From Thermoanaerobaculia bacterium (lineage in GTDB: Bacteria > Acidobacteriota > Thermoanaerobaculia > Multivoradales > Multivoraceae), in contig OY762911.1 in assembly GCA_963666565.1 (NCBI GenBank), positions 2,080,001 through 2,144,000 on the forward strand: DNA of 64,000 nt. Direction: 5' to 3'. Positions within the stretch are counted from its first letter, which is position 1; every line of letters begins with the position of its first letter. This document shows, piece after piece, positions 1-9,740 of this stretch. A model generated the notes under the pieces. It did not search any database. It was given only the letters and a program-made list of their open reading frames with translations, and had not been told where the DNA came from. The position numbers and the translations under genes are program-made.

Positions 1-158
1 CGTCGTTCGTCGGCGCGCTGCTGATCATGGCGGCCACCGGCCTCGAAGGGCTGCCGGCCCACGTCGGCGTCGCGTTGCTGATCGTGGTCGGCGTGACCTT
101 CCAGTTGGGACGCCGGCGCGCCGCGGACAAGGACGCGAAGAAGAAGTCCGCCGGCTAG
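1..158 (+). CDS. 3' end of a membrane protein (partial at window edge)
   Basis: Frame from base 3 reads SFVGALLIMAATGLEGLPAHVGVALLIVVGVTFQLGRRR...KKSAG then TAG at 156-158; hydrophobic helices and GC3-rich codons. Confidence 0.6.
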   Translation, partial: SFVGALLIMAATGLEGLPAHVGVALLIVVGVTFQLGRRRAADKDAKKKSAG

Positions 159-1534
159 CGGTTCGGCATCGTCACGGCGACCTTGCCGGCGCCGGCCGCG
201 GCAACCGAACGGGCGGCGGCGGGCAGGAGCGCTGCCTGACCGGGGCGCAGGCGGACCTCGCCGGAGAGGTTGCCGACCTCGATGTCGCCTTCGAGAGCGA
301 GGGCGATTCGCGGGCCATCGTCTCCCGGCAGCGGCGCCGCCGCGTGCTCCGCGACCTCGAGAATCTCCAGCCGGAAGTCTGCCACCGGCGGCGTGAAGCG
401 GGTGCGCCGGCCCCAGGGCGGTTCCTCGACTTCGGTCTCCAGGCCGGGGTCTCCCAGTGTCCTGTAGTGGAGGATGTCGAGGAACGCGTCGGCGTCGACC
501 GGCTTGGACGTCAGGCCGAAGCGGAGCACGTTGTCGGAGCTCGCCATGACCTCGACGCCCGAGCCCTCCAGGTAGCTGTGAGGCACGCCGGGTCCCGTGA
601 ACAGGACCTCGCCAGGTTCGAGGTGAACGAGCCGGAGGAACAGGGGCGCGACGACCAGCGGGTCTTCGGGATGGTGGTCGGCGATGCGGACGATCCAGCG
701 CAGCGCCTCCCTGGTGGCGGCGCTGGCGTTGGCCAAGACGGTCACGGCGCGCCACGCGGCCGCGACGGCTCGCTCGGCGAGGCCGTTGCCCGCCGGCCCA
801 CGCAGCGCCGAGAGCAGACGCGCGTACGCGGCGGCGCCTTCCTTTCTCAAGTGCCGGACGTGCGGCCGGAGTTCGTCGAGGTTGAGAGCGGCCAGCAGCC
901 GCGCGGCCTCCGCGGCCGGCCGGAATCCGGACATGGCCTCGAAAGGCGTCAGCGCGTAGATCAGCTCCGGCTTGTGGTTCGGATCGCGGTAGATGCGACC
1001 CTCGGCGGCAGACCCGCGCGCGCCGCCGTCCGTCTCGGCGGCGAAGCCTCGCTCCGCCTGCTCTCGGTCGGGATGGGCCTGGATCGACAGCGGCCGGTCG
1101 GCGGAGAGGATCTTCGTCAGGAAGGGCAGGGCGGCGCGGGCCTCCCCGGCTCCGCCGGCCCCGAGAATCTCCGCCGGGCGGCCGGCGATCAGGCGGTCGA
1201 AGGGAATCGCGCCGGGTCGGGAGGCGGCCGGCGCCTCGGCCCGTGCGGCGCCGCGTTCGCCGTCGGGGCCGTGGGGCCCGCCCCCGGAACCCGCTTCGAG
1301 GACGACGCTGGCGGGCGCGTCCGGGTGGGCGCCGAACCAGAGCTCGGCTTCCGGCTCGTCCGACGGCTCGCGGCCGAGCAGCCTGGGAATGAAGTCGCGG
1401 GTGCCCCAGTCGTAGCGGCGAACCCGGGGCAGCAGCCGCAACGGACGGTCGAGTGCGCCCGGTTCGACGCGGCCGCCCGCCGGGCCGCGGCTCGTCCGCT
1501 TCGGCGCCCTCTCCGGCCTGCCCGGACCGCTCAC
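155..1534 (-). CDS. manA: mannose-6-phosphate isomerase, class I
   Basis: Motifs YDWG, AELWFGAHP, LSIQAHP, HKPEL, HSYLEG, EVMASSDNVLRFGLT; GTG start at 1534 overlaps the upstream stop (GTGA). Confidence 0.92.
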   Translation of the reverse strand: MSGPGRPERAPKRTSRGPAGGRVEPGALDRPLRLLPRVRRYDWGTRDFIPRLLGREPSDEPEAELWFGAHPDAPASVVLEAGSGGGPHGPDGERGAARAEAPAASRPGAIPFDRLIAGRPAEILGAGGAGEARAALPFLTKILSADRPLSIQAHPDREQAERGFAAETDGGARGSAAEGRIYRDPNHKPELIYALTPFEAMSGFRPAAEAARLLAALNLDELRPHVRHLRKEGAAAYARLLSALRGPAGNGLAERAVAAAWRAVTVLANASAATREALRWIVRIADHHPEDPLVVAPLFLRLVHLEPGEVLFTGPGVPHSYLEGSGVEVMASSDNVLRFGLTSKPVDADAFLDILHYRTLGDPGLETEVEEPPWGRRTRFTPPVADFRLEILEVAEHAAAPLPGDDGPRIALALEGDIEVGNLSGEVRLRPGQAALLPAAARSVAAAGAGKVAVTMPNR

Positions 1535-2274
1535 GTTCGCGCCCGCCCGAAGGTCCACGACCGGGCCTCCGCCTCGGTGTCGATGTCGCGCAGCGGCAGC
1601 GCCGAGTCCAGTTCGACCTGGGCGACCTGCCCGTCCAGACGGTTCAGGAGCGGCCGGGCGCCTCGGTCGCCGCGCAGCCGTTCCAGATCCCCGAACCACC
1701 GCCGCCCGAAGGTGACCGGGGCGCCGCGGCGGCCCCGGAAGGCGGGCGCCACGATGGAGTCCGGCCCGCGGAACCCGCCGAGCAGCCGGTCGATGACGGC
1801 GGCGTCGAGCCCCGGCTGGTCCGCCGGCAGGAACATCGCGCCGTCGGCCCGGTCCGACACGGCGGCCAGCCCCGCGCGCACCGAGCCGCTCTGGCCCTGC
1901 TCGTAGTCCGGGTTGTGGACCGCTCGCAGGTCGAGATCGGCAACCTCCGCTTCAACCTGGCGCCGCGCGTGGCCGGTGACGAGGACGACCTCCGCCAGCC
2001 CGGAAGCGAGCGCCGCGCGGCAGACGCGCCGAACGAGGCTCTCGCCGTCGATTCGGTAGAGCTGCTTCGGCTGTGCCGCGGCGCCGCCGTCCATTTCGGT
2101 ACGGCGGCCCGTCCCGCCGCGGCGGTCCATGAGGCCACGGCTGTTCGTTCCGGCACGGCGGTCCGTGCCGGCGCCGGCGTCCGTTCCCGCACCGCCGGCG
2201 TTTCGGCCTCTTCCGGCGACGAACCGGGTCGACAGCCCGGCGGCGAGCACGACGCCTGAGACCCGCCCGGTCAT
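1531..2274 (-). CDS. mocA: molybdenum cofactor cytidylyltransferase-like nucleotidyltransferase (MocA/NTP_transf_3)
   Basis: VLAAGLSTRF...PKQL, GQSGSVRAG, PADQP, GDRGAR, DIDT motifs; ATGA overlap with xdhC. Confidence 0.82.
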   Translation of the reverse strand: MTGRVSGVVLAAGLSTRFVAGRGRNAGGAGTDAGAGTDRRAGTNSRGLMDRRGGTGRRTEMDGGAAAQPKQLYRIDGESLVRRVCRAALASGLAEVVLVTGHARRQVEAEVADLDLRAVHNPDYEQGQSGSVRAGLAAVSDRADGAMFLPADQPGLDAAVIDRLLGGFRGPDSIVAPAFRGRRGAPVTFGRRWFGDLERLRGDRGARPLLNRLDGQVAQVELDSALPLRDIDTEAEARSWTFGRART

Positions 2275-2999
2275 CGCTTCCCGGCGGCCTGCCGGCCGTT
2301 TCGCACGGCGACCAGTTCCGCGGCGATGGCCATCGCGATCTCCTCGGGCCTGCGGCCGCCGAGGTCGAGGCCGATCGGCGCGTGGATCCGGTCGATCAGT
2401 TCGTCCGGCAGGCCGGCCTCGCGAAGCGACGCGGCCCGCTTCGCGTGCGTGCGCGACGAGCCCAGGGCGCCGGCGTAGCGGACCCCGGCCTCCAGCGCGA
2501 CCCGGAGCGCCGGGTTGTCCAGCTTCTCGTCGTGGGTGAGGAACACGCAGTACGCGTTGGCGTGGAGCGGCGCACGGGCCAGGTAGGCGGCCGGCCACTC
2601 GACGACCAGTTCGTCGGCGTGGGGAAAGCGCTCGGCGGTGGCGAAGGCCGAGCGCGCATCGACGACCACCGTGCGGAACCCGAGCCGCCGCGCGAAGTGG
2701 ACCAGATGGATCGCGACGTGGACCGCGCCGACGACGAACAGTTGCGGCAGCGGCTCGAACGTCTCGACGAACACCTCGACGCCCTCGATCTCGCGCAGGC
2801 CGGTGGCCGGCAGCGCGTCCGCGGTGGCCAGGTCGAGTGCTTCCCGGTCGAGGCCGGCGTCGTTCAGCGTCCCTTCCGCCCGGCCGTCCGTCCATGCCAG
2901 CAGGCGCGCTCCGAGTTCGGCGCCGTCGGCGCGGGTGAACGCGACCACGGGTTCGCCCGCGAGCAGCGACCGGCGGAGGGACTCGAACCGGGATTCCAT
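2271..2999 (-). CDS. xdhC: XdhC/CoxF family Mo-cofactor insertion chaperone, Rossmann-like C-terminal part
   Basis: LFVVGAVHVA, THDEKLD, YAGALGSSRT, APIGLDLGGRRPEEIAMAIAAE motifs; start may extend to ~3029. Confidence 0.88.
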   Translation of the reverse strand: MESRFESLRRSLLAGEPVVAFTRADGAELGARLLAWTDGRAEGTLNDAGLDREALDLATADALPATGLREIEGVEVFVETFEPLPQLFVVGAVHVAIHLVHFARRLGFRTVVVDARSAFATAERFPHADELVVEWPAAYLARAPLHANAYCVFLTHDEKLDNPALRVALEAGVRYAGALGSSRTHAKRAASLREAGLPDELIDRIHAPIGLDLGGRRPEEIAMAIAAELVAVRNGRQAAGKR

Positions 3000-3025
3000 C
3001 GGTACGCGCGTCCGGCCGGCGGGCC

Positions 3026-3340
3026 TCAACCATCGATGCGTTCGACCAGCACCTCGACCTCGCCGCCGCAGGTCAGCCCGACGGACCATGCCTGCTCGTC
3101 CGAGATGCCGTAGCGGCGCCGCTTCGGCCGGCCGTCCTCCAGTACGGACTGCGCCTCCTCGATCACCGCGCCTTCGATGCAGCCGCCGCTGACCGAGCCG
3201 GCGATGCTCCCCGCGTCGGACACGGCCATCTTCGAGCCGAGGGGCCGGGGCGAGGAACCGACGGTGCGGATCACGGTCGCGACGGCCACGCGCCGGCCGT
3301 CCGCGCGCCAGCGATCCACGTCGCTGAGAATGTCCAGCAC
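3026..3340 (-). CDS. XdhC/CoxI family N-terminal domain protein (separate gene)
   Basis: VATVIRTVGSSPRPLGSKM...GSVSGGCIE...VGLTCGGEVEVLVE; GTG start inferred inside a long shadow ORF. Confidence 0.88.
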   Translation of the reverse strand: MLDILSDVDRWRADGRRVAVATVIRTVGSSPRPLGSKMAVSDAGSIAGSVSGGCIEGAVIEEAQSVLEDGRPKRRRYGISDEQAWSVGLTCGGEVEVLVERIDG

Positions 3341-3388
3341 GGCGGCAAGTCTACCGCCAGAGGCGGAGGGGCGTAGACTCCGGGCTGG

Positions 3389-5803
3389 ATGAAGGGTGTC
3401 GATCGCAGGCCGGTGGCGTGGATGGCGCTCCTGTTGGCCGCCTGGGCGGGTACCCCGGCGGCGCGGGGGCAGGCCGGCGCCGAGGACTCCGGCGACGCGG
3501 ACGCGGACGAGACGCCGGCCGTGATGGAGACGCTGACCGTCGTCGCCGAGGCGCCGCGGACCTTCGCGACGAACGTGGTCGCCGAGCCGATGCTCGAGCA
3601 GCAGTCGGCGATCACCAGCGTCCTCGCCACGGTCGACAACCTGCCCGGCGTCTCGGTGCAGGAGGGCGACACCTACGGCTTCGACGCCTGGAGCACCAGC
3701 ATCACGATGCGCGGCTTCCAGCAGCTCCAGGACGAGTCGCAGATAGGCACCACGATCGACGGCATCCCGAACGGCACCTCCGACTACTGGAGCGGCGGCT
3801 CGAACGCGAACCGCTTCGTCGACTCGATCAACCTCGGCGGCGTCGACGTGTCGCAGGGCACGGCCGACATCGCATCGCGCTCGGTGGAGGCGCTGGGCGG
3901 CACGCTGAACTTCACCACCGACGCGCCCCTGCCGGAGCGGGCCTACACGCTGGAGCTCTCGTTCGGCGCCCACGACGGCCAGCGCCAGGCGATGCGGGTC
4001 GACACCGGGCCGCTGTTCGGCGGCGGTACGCTCGCCTGGTTCTCCGTTTCGCGCCGGCAGGCGACGGACTGGGTCCAGGGCGCGGCCCGCAACGAGCGCG
4101 AGCACGTCGCGGGCAAGGTCGAGTCGCGGGTCGGCCGGGTGGACCTCGTCGGCTACTTCTCGTACGACGACGCCCACGAAGAGGACTACGCGCGCCTCTT
4201 CTCGGAGGCCGAGTTCGAGAGCAACCCGCGCTGGGACCGGCTGATCGCCGACTGGACGGACACGCCCTGGGTCAACCAGGTCTACCGCCGCGGCTGGAAG
4301 ACGCCGCGCGCCAACACGTTCGGCTACCTGAAGGCGAAGTTCGAGCCGAAGCCGGGCCTGACCTTCGACGCCGCCGGCTACTACCACCGGCTGAGCGGCA
4401 TCGGCACCTGGCTGCCGCCGTATCTGCTCGACGTGACAGACGACGGCGGCGGCCCCGAGTCGGAGCTCGGCGGCGGCGCCGCGCCGCGCGGCGGATCGCC
4501 CCTGGGCCGCCTGTACTTCGTGGATCCGAACGGCGTCGCCCTCGCCCCCGCGGCCGGCTGCGAGTCGTCGCTCGGCTTCCCGTACGGCGGCGGCGGTGCC
4601 GAGTACGACCCGGGCTGCTACCCGGCGAACGCGATTCCGGTGCAGACCCTCCGCATGGCGCACTACGGCAAGGAGCGCTTCGGCTTCTCGCTCGACCAGG
4701 AGTGGCTGACCGCCATCGGCTCGTCCGGCCGGATCGGCAACACCCTGCGGGCCGGCGTCTGGCACGAGGACGCCCGCCGCCGCCTGGGCAGGGACTGGCA
4801 CAAGGTGATCGACGCGCGGTTCAGCGTCCAGTGGGACCGGGCGCCGTACTGGCGGCAGTACGACTGGGACTTCCCGAAGCGGGTCTTCAAGTGGTATGTC
4901 GAGGACACCGTGGACGCCGGCGACTTCGCCTTCACCGCCGGCGTGAAGCAGTTCCTCGTCGACCTGGAGCGGGTGGATCGGTTCGGCGCCACGGACGCCT
5001 TCGCGGTGGACTCCGACTCGGAGATCCTGTTCTCCGGCGGCGTGACCTGGGACGCGCCCGTGGACGGCCTGGAGCTGTTCGCCGGCTACGCCGAGAACTT
5101 CCGGGCGTTCTCGCCGCGGGTGCTGGAGGTGCCGGGCCGCAGCCTCGACGAACTCGAACCGGAGGCGGCCGCCAACGTCGACTTCGGCGTCCGCTTCGCC
5201 GGCGAGCGGCTGTCGATGACGGCGACCTGGTACGACATCGACTTCGACAACCGGGTCTTCTTCCTGTCGCCGCAGACGGCGGCGGGGCCGGACTACGTCA
5301 TCGCGGGCGGCGGCTCGTACTTCAACGCCGGCGGCATCGACTCGACCGGCATCGAGATCGCCGGCACGCTGCGGCTCGGCGAGGCGACCTCGCTCTACGC
5401 CGCCTACACGCGGAACGACGCCGAGTACGCCGGCGCCGGCGACCCGCTGGTCGACGCGGCGCAGGGGATCGTGCCCGGCATGGCGGTCACCGGCGTGCCG
5501 GAGACGCTGCTCGTCGTGTCGCTCGACCACGCCGGCGAGGTCCTCTCCGCCGGCGCCTCGGCGAAGTACACGGACTCCCGCTCCGTGACCCTGGACGAGT
5601 CCTGGATCGCTCCCGACTACTGGCTGGCGGACGCCTACCTGACCTTCGCCCTCGACGCCTTGCACGAGCGCCTCGCCGGCGCCGAGGTCTCCCTCGTCGC
5701 GAACAACCTGCTCGACGAGTCCTACCTGTCCACCATCAGCGCCCAGGGCGCGTTCCTGGGCGCGCCCCGCACCGTCTCGCTCAACCTGACCGTCTCCTTC
5801 TGA
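3389..5803 (+). CDS. TonB-dependent outer membrane receptor
   Basis: Signal peptide, TonB-box-like ETLTVVAE, plug motifs (LPGVSV, MRGF, IDGIP, GGTLNFTT), C-terminal NLLDESY...GAPRTVSLNLTVSF ending in Phe. Confidence 0.93.
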   Translation: MKGVDRRPVAWMALLLAAWAGTPAARGQAGAEDSGDADADETPAVMETLTVVAEAPRTFATNVVAEPMLEQQSAITSVLATVDNLPGVSVQEGDTYGFDAWSTSITMRGFQQLQDESQIGTTIDGIPNGTSDYWSGGSNANRFVDSINLGGVDVSQGTADIASRSVEALGGTLNFTTDAPLPERAYTLELSFGAHDGQRQAMRVDTGPLFGGGTLAWFSVSRRQATDWVQGAARNEREHVAGKVESRVGRVDLVGYFSYDDAHEEDYARLFSEAEFESNPRWDRLIADWTDTPWVNQVYRRGWKTPRANTFGYLKAKFEPKPGLTFDAAGYYHRLSGIGTWLPPYLLDVTDDGGGPESELGGGAAPRGGSPLGRLYFVDPNGVALAPAAGCESSLGFPYGGGGAEYDPGCYPANAIPVQTLRMAHYGKERFGFSLDQEWLTAIGSSGRIGNTLRAGVWHEDARRRLGRDWHKVIDARFSVQWDRAPYWRQYDWDFPKRVFKWYVEDTVDAGDFAFTAGVKQFLVDLERVDRFGATDAFAVDSDSEILFSGGVTWDAPVDGLELFAGYAENFRAFSPRVLEVPGRSLDELEPEAAANVDFGVRFAGERLSMTATWYDIDFDNRVFFLSPQTAAGPDYVIAGGGSYFNAGGIDSTGIEIAGTLRLGEATSLYAAYTRNDAEYAGAGDPLVDAAQGIVPGMAVTGVPETLLVVSLDHAGEVLSAGASAKYTDSRSVTLDESWIAPDYWLADAYLTFALDALHERLAGAEVSLVANNLLDESYLSTISAQGAFLGAPRTVSLNLTVSF

Positions 5804-5816
5804 CTCGCCGGGTGCG

Positions 5817-5842
5817 CTGGGTGCGCGGGTCTTCCGACCCGC
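5817..5842 (+). repeat. REP-like palindromic element copy
   Basis: CTGGGTGCGCGGGTCTTCCGACCCGC; stem GCGGGTC-TTCC-GACCCGC, 14 bp after the receptor stop. Confidence 0.9.
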
Positions 5843-5879
5843 ATCCGGGCCAAGCCGCGGAGCGGCGTCGGTCGCTGCC

Positions 5880-6190
5880 GCCCGGACGGGGAGCGGAGGG
5901 AGGGTCCCATCGGCCGCGGCATCCGGGCGTCCGCCAGCGGACGCCCGGGCTGCGACGCATGTGGCGCGGGGACGCGCCACATGGGTGCGCGCTTTCCCGG
6001 TAGAGGGAAAGCTGGCGCTCGCTTCGGTCGACTGCGCTCCGCCGCGTCGGCGGTCGATGGAAGGTCATTGGCAGTCGCTTGTCTTCAGCCCGCCGGGACC
6101 CTCCCCCCGGACTCCCGTCGCAGACTGGGCTGTGGTGGGCGTCGCTTGCCTCCAGCCCGCTGGGACCCTCCCTCCGCTCCCCGTCCGGGC
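5880..6190. repeat. 311-bp segment bounded by a perfect 30-bp inverted repeat
   Basis: 5880-5909 GCCCGGACGGGGAGCGGAGGGAGGGTCCCA is the exact reverse complement of 6161-6190; a degenerate third copy lies near 6075-6120. Confidence 0.8.
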
Positions 6191-6224
6191 TGGACGCCGG
6201 CTGGGTGCCTGGGTACGCGGGCCG

Positions 6225-6250
6225 CTGGGTGCGCGGGTCTTCTGACCCGC
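6225..6250 (+). repeat. REP-like palindromic element copy
   Basis: CTGGGTGCGCGGGTCTTCTGACCCGC. Confidence 0.9.
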
Positions 6251-6345
6251 CCCCCGGGGCGACGCCGCGGAGCGGCGGCGTCCAGGGAAGCGGCGAGGCG
6301 AAGCCTCGCTCCGAAATGGCGCCACATGAAACACTGCGGCGACTC

Positions 6346-7644
6346 ATGAACGGTCTCGCGCGCTGCTTCGCAACTGTCATGTTCCTGGCCACGGCCGCAT
6401 TTGCGGAAGTGCGGCTGCTCGACACGCCGGCGGCGGACAGGAGCGGCAGCTATGCCCTGAACGCGGGGCCCGACGGCACGACCGTTCTCAGTTGGGTCGA
6501 GCCCCTGGACGACGGCGGCCACGCGCTACGGTTCGCCGAACTGCACGGAGACGAGTGGAGCGACCCGGCGACGGTGGCCTCGGGCGAAGGCTGGTTCGTC
6601 AACTGGATCGACCATCCGGCCGTCGCGCCCCTGGGCGGTGGCCGCGTGGTGGCGCACTGGCTGGTCCACGACCAGGACCGGGAGGGCGACTACGGCTACG
6701 GCATCCGCTTGGCGTTCTCGGACGACCGGGGCGCCACCTGGCGAGAGGCGTTTCGGGCAAGCGGCGAAGGCGCTGACGGTTACGCCGGGTTCGTCGCCTA
6801 CGCAGCCGTCGCGGACGGATTCGAGATGGCCTATCTGGCGACCCTCGGTGACGACCAGGCCGCGGCGGCCGCCGGTTCGGCTTCCGAGGGTGCCCGAGGC
6901 GCCGGACACGCCGCGGTAGAACCGCGCATGACCCTCCGTTCGGCCCGCTTCAACGCCGACGGCGCACTCGTGGCCGATCGCCAGGTCGACGCCGACGTGT
7001 GCAGTTGCTGCACGACAGCGATGGTCCCGGGCCAGGACGGCCTCTTCCTGGCCTTCCGCGACCGCCGCGAGGGCGAGTTCCGCGACATCTCCTTCGCCCG
7101 CCTCCAGGATGACCGGTGGAGCAGCCCGAGACTCGTTCATTACGACGGCTGGCACATCCGCGGCTGCCCGACGAACGGGCCGGCCCTGGCCGCCGGCGAA
7201 ACGGGCCCGGCAGTCGCCTGGTTCACCGCCGCCGGCGGCGAATCGAAAGCGCGGGCCGCCCTCCGAGAGTCGGGGAAGCGGCGTCGCGACAAGCCCGTGT
7301 CCAGAATGCTGGCCGCTTTCTGGAACCCCACGGAGCAACGCTTCGACAGACCCATCCGCGTCGACGACGGCGCCCCCCGCGGCTGGGCCGGCGTCGCCAC
7401 GCTCGAAGACGGCAGCGCCGCAGTCAGTTGGGTCGAGCGCTCCAAAGCCGGTGCCTTCCAACTCCGAGTCCGCCGCGTCAGTCCCGACGGGAGCATCGGC
7501 GAGGCCCTTATCGTGGCGCCGGTGCCCTCGGGCCGCAGCGCCCTCGGCGTCCCCAAGCTCGTCCGCAACAGGGACCGCCTCATCTTCGCCTGGCGCGACG
7601 GCGGCGTGCGTACCTCCACGATGCCCACCGCAGCTATCGAGTAG
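6346..7644 (+). CDS. secreted BNR/sialidase-like beta-propeller protein
   Basis: Signal peptide; FVNW.DHP, Asp-box SDDRGATW, VCSCC.T, DGWHIRGCPTNGP motifs. Confidence 0.75.
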   Translation: MNGLARCFATVMFLATAAFAEVRLLDTPAADRSGSYALNAGPDGTTVLSWVEPLDDGGHALRFAELHGDEWSDPATVASGEGWFVNWIDHPAVAPLGGGRVVAHWLVHDQDREGDYGYGIRLAFSDDRGATWREAFRASGEGADGYAGFVAYAAVADGFEMAYLATLGDDQAAAAAGSASEGARGAGHAAVEPRMTLRSARFNADGALVADRQVDADVCSCCTTAMVPGQDGLFLAFRDRREGEFRDISFARLQDDRWSSPRLVHYDGWHIRGCPTNGPALAAGETGPAVAWFTAAGGESKARAALRESGKRRRDKPVSRMLAAFWNPTEQRFDRPIRVDDGAPRGWAGVATLEDGSAAVSWVERSKAGAFQLRVRRVSPDGSIGEALIVAPVPSGRSALGVPKLVRNRDRLIFAWRDGGVRTSTMPTAAIE

Positions 7645-7715
7645 CGCGAAGAGCGCCCGCGGGACCCCTCCCCTCGGCCCCGGACCGGCGGGTCCGACCT
7701 CCGCCGCCCGCGCCG

Positions 7716-9176
7716 CTAGTCGCCGGCGCCGGTCGCGGCGCCCTCGGAAGCGTGCTCTTCGTAGTCCTCTTCGGACAGGAACACGAAGTTCGTCCAGCCG
7801 ATCGCCATGTCGTCGACGGTGCGGTTGCCCCAGCCGACCCAGGCGGTCGGGTCGGGGTTGTAGGGGTTGTTCTCCGAGTTGTCGTGGTACGAGGTCACGT
7901 GGAGCACGGTCCCGGCGGGGAAGACCGGCGGGTGCTTGTACGGGTAGGCCACCTGCCAGTTGAAGTCGTAGTTCTGGATGCGGGTGAGCAGTTCGCGGCG
8001 GCCGTCGGGGTGGATCGCCTCCAGCTCCATCCCCTTGCCGCGGTAGTGCATGTGGGCCTGGAAGCTGATCAACTGGATCGGCCGGTCGAGCACGCGGTAG
8101 CCGTCGTGGCGGACGTTGTCGGCGCCGGGCGGGATGGAGAGTTCGTTGTTGCGCCAGCCGCGGTTGCTGGGCAGGCCGGCGAACAGCCGGGTGGAGACGA
8201 TCCGGTGCTTCGGCACGACGCCCCTGGGGTAGAAGCCGAAGCCGACCCGCTGGCGGTCGCGGATCACCTCGCCGATCGAGTGGTAGTGGCCGCTGAAGCG
8301 GATCTTGGCGCCCGCCATCAGCAGCTTTCCGGTGTTCTCGGCGTACAGGTCGCCGGTGTTGCCGACCGCGTACTCGATCAGCAGCGAGCCGACCGGATTG
8401 CCCTCGGCGTCGCGGCGGTTCGGGTCGTCGTCGCGCTCGAAGAAGTCCTCGCCGACGTACTCCGCGTCGTCCTGGATCGCGTAGACCATCGTGTGGTGGA
8501 CGGTCGCGCGGCCCGCCTTGCTCGGTTTGACCTCGATCCAGCGGACGTAGCGGTCCTCGGTCAGGCCGGTGTCGGCGATGAAGTTGACGAACAGGTCGGG
8601 ACCCTCTGACGGCACGACCATGTCCTCCTGCATCTCGACCACCAGGTCGGGCTCGCCGTACTCCCAGGCGTCGCCGTCGGGCCAGTCGATCGGCGCCGGC
8701 AGGTCGGCCGGGTTGCCGCGTGGAGCGCCGCCGTCGACCCAGGCCGCGACCAGGGCGATCTCCTCGTCGCTCAGGCTCGGGTCCGGTTCGTACACGCCGA
8801 TCGTGCGGTCGATGTGCCAGGGCGGCATCTGCCGGGACTCGACCCGGCGCTTGATGGACCGCGCCCAGGGCCGGATCTGCTCGTAAGTGAGCAGCGACAT
8901 CGGCGCCGCCGTCTCGGGCCGGTGGCAGCGCTGGCAGGAGCGCTGGAAGATCGGCGCGATGTCGCGGCTGAAGGTCGGCGTGTCGGCGTCAGCCGCCGCG
9001 GCGGGCGTGGCGAGAATGCTCATCGGCGTCGCGAGGAGGGCGAACAGAAGAGCCTTCGTCGCCGAAACCGCGTGCGGCGGCGCTCCCGCCGGCAGCCGGC
9101 GCGAAGCGCCGGGCGTCCCGCGGTCGCGGCCGGAGTCCTGACTGGCAACGGTCGGCTCCACGCAACTTCGCTTCAT
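7716..9176 (-). CDS. secreted cytochrome c / copper type II monooxygenase-like protein
   Basis: TFSRDIAPIFQRSCQRCH heme motif, MPPW, VHH, HMHYRG, YDFNWQ, final DDM. Confidence 0.78.
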   Translation of the reverse strand: MKRSCVEPTVASQDSGRDRGTPGASRRLPAGAPPHAVSATKALLFALLATPMSILATPAAAADADTPTFSRDIAPIFQRSCQRCHRPETAAPMSLLTYEQIRPWARSIKRRVESRQMPPWHIDRTIGVYEPDPSLSDEEIALVAAWVDGGAPRGNPADLPAPIDWPDGDAWEYGEPDLVVEMQEDMVVPSEGPDLFVNFIADTGLTEDRYVRWIEVKPSKAGRATVHHTMVYAIQDDAEYVGEDFFERDDDPNRRDAEGNPVGSLLIEYAVGNTGDLYAENTGKLLMAGAKIRFSGHYHSIGEVIRDRQRVGFGFYPRGVVPKHRIVSTRLFAGLPSNRGWRNNELSIPPGADNVRHDGYRVLDRPIQLISFQAHMHYRGKGMELEAIHPDGRRELLTRIQNYDFNWQVAYPYKHPPVFPAGTVLHVTSYHDNSENNPYNPDPTAWVGWGNRTVDDMAIGWTNFVFLSEEDYEEHASEGAATGAGD

Positions 9177-9733
9177 GGTTGGCTCCTCGTGCTGGCTGCT
9201 TCGGGTGCGAGGCAGACGCCTTGCTCGGCGGTGGCCGTGTCGATCTGCCTTGCCCGGCGGTAGGCCATGGAGATGTTCTCGATCAGGTAGAGAGTATCGA
9301 CTCCGCCGCGTTCAGTCGTCTGCTCGCTGTGCTCGCCCGAGGTGATCGTCCAGCGCAGGTTGCCCTCGTAGTCGGCCGGCAGCACGATCAGGCAGACGTT
9401 GCGCTGGCGTCCCGGCTCGAAGACGGTGGGTTGGCCGCGGTCCGCCGGGCCCGGGTCGAAGCCGTTCGCCTCGCCCGCCGGGATCTCGACCGCGACCGCG
9501 TTGTGGTTGAAGTACCCGAACACGAGGACCGCCGTGCCGTCGTCGTTGGGCACGTAGCCCTCGTAGACCGGGTAGATCGGTCGGGTCGGCTGCGCCCAGG
9601 CCGCCGGCGCGACCATGGCCGCCAGCACCAGGAACAGGGACAGCGCCGCGGACATCGACGGTGCCGAGCGCACCCGCTTCGACATCTGTGCGGCGCAGGA
9701 CAGCGCCGCGGGTATCGACGGTACCTTCATCAT
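9173..9733 (-). CDS. hypothetical secreted protein
   Basis: Signal-like segment, then PVYEGY.PN.DGT...FGYFN...GQPTVFEPGRQ; ATGA overlap with the next gene; start uncertain. Confidence 0.7.
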   Translation of the reverse strand: MMKVPSIPAALSCAAQMSKRVRSAPSMSAALSLFLVLAAMVAPAAWAQPTRPIYPVYEGYVPNDDGTAVLVFGYFNHNAVAVEIPAGEANGFDPGPADRGQPTVFEPGRQRNVCLIVLPADYEGNLRWTITSGEHSEQTTERGGVDTLYLIENISMAYRRARQIDTATAEQGVCLAPEAASTRSQP

Positions 9734-9740
9734 GGCTCGA

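Noticed and set aside
3341-5980. 984-aa minus-strand ORF and similar long overlapping ORFs (24601-27336 +, 34519-36825 +, 21415-23550 -)
   Set aside because: These are antisense/shadow frames typical of high-GC DNA; only their ends coincide with real small genes (XdhC N-domain, VapB).
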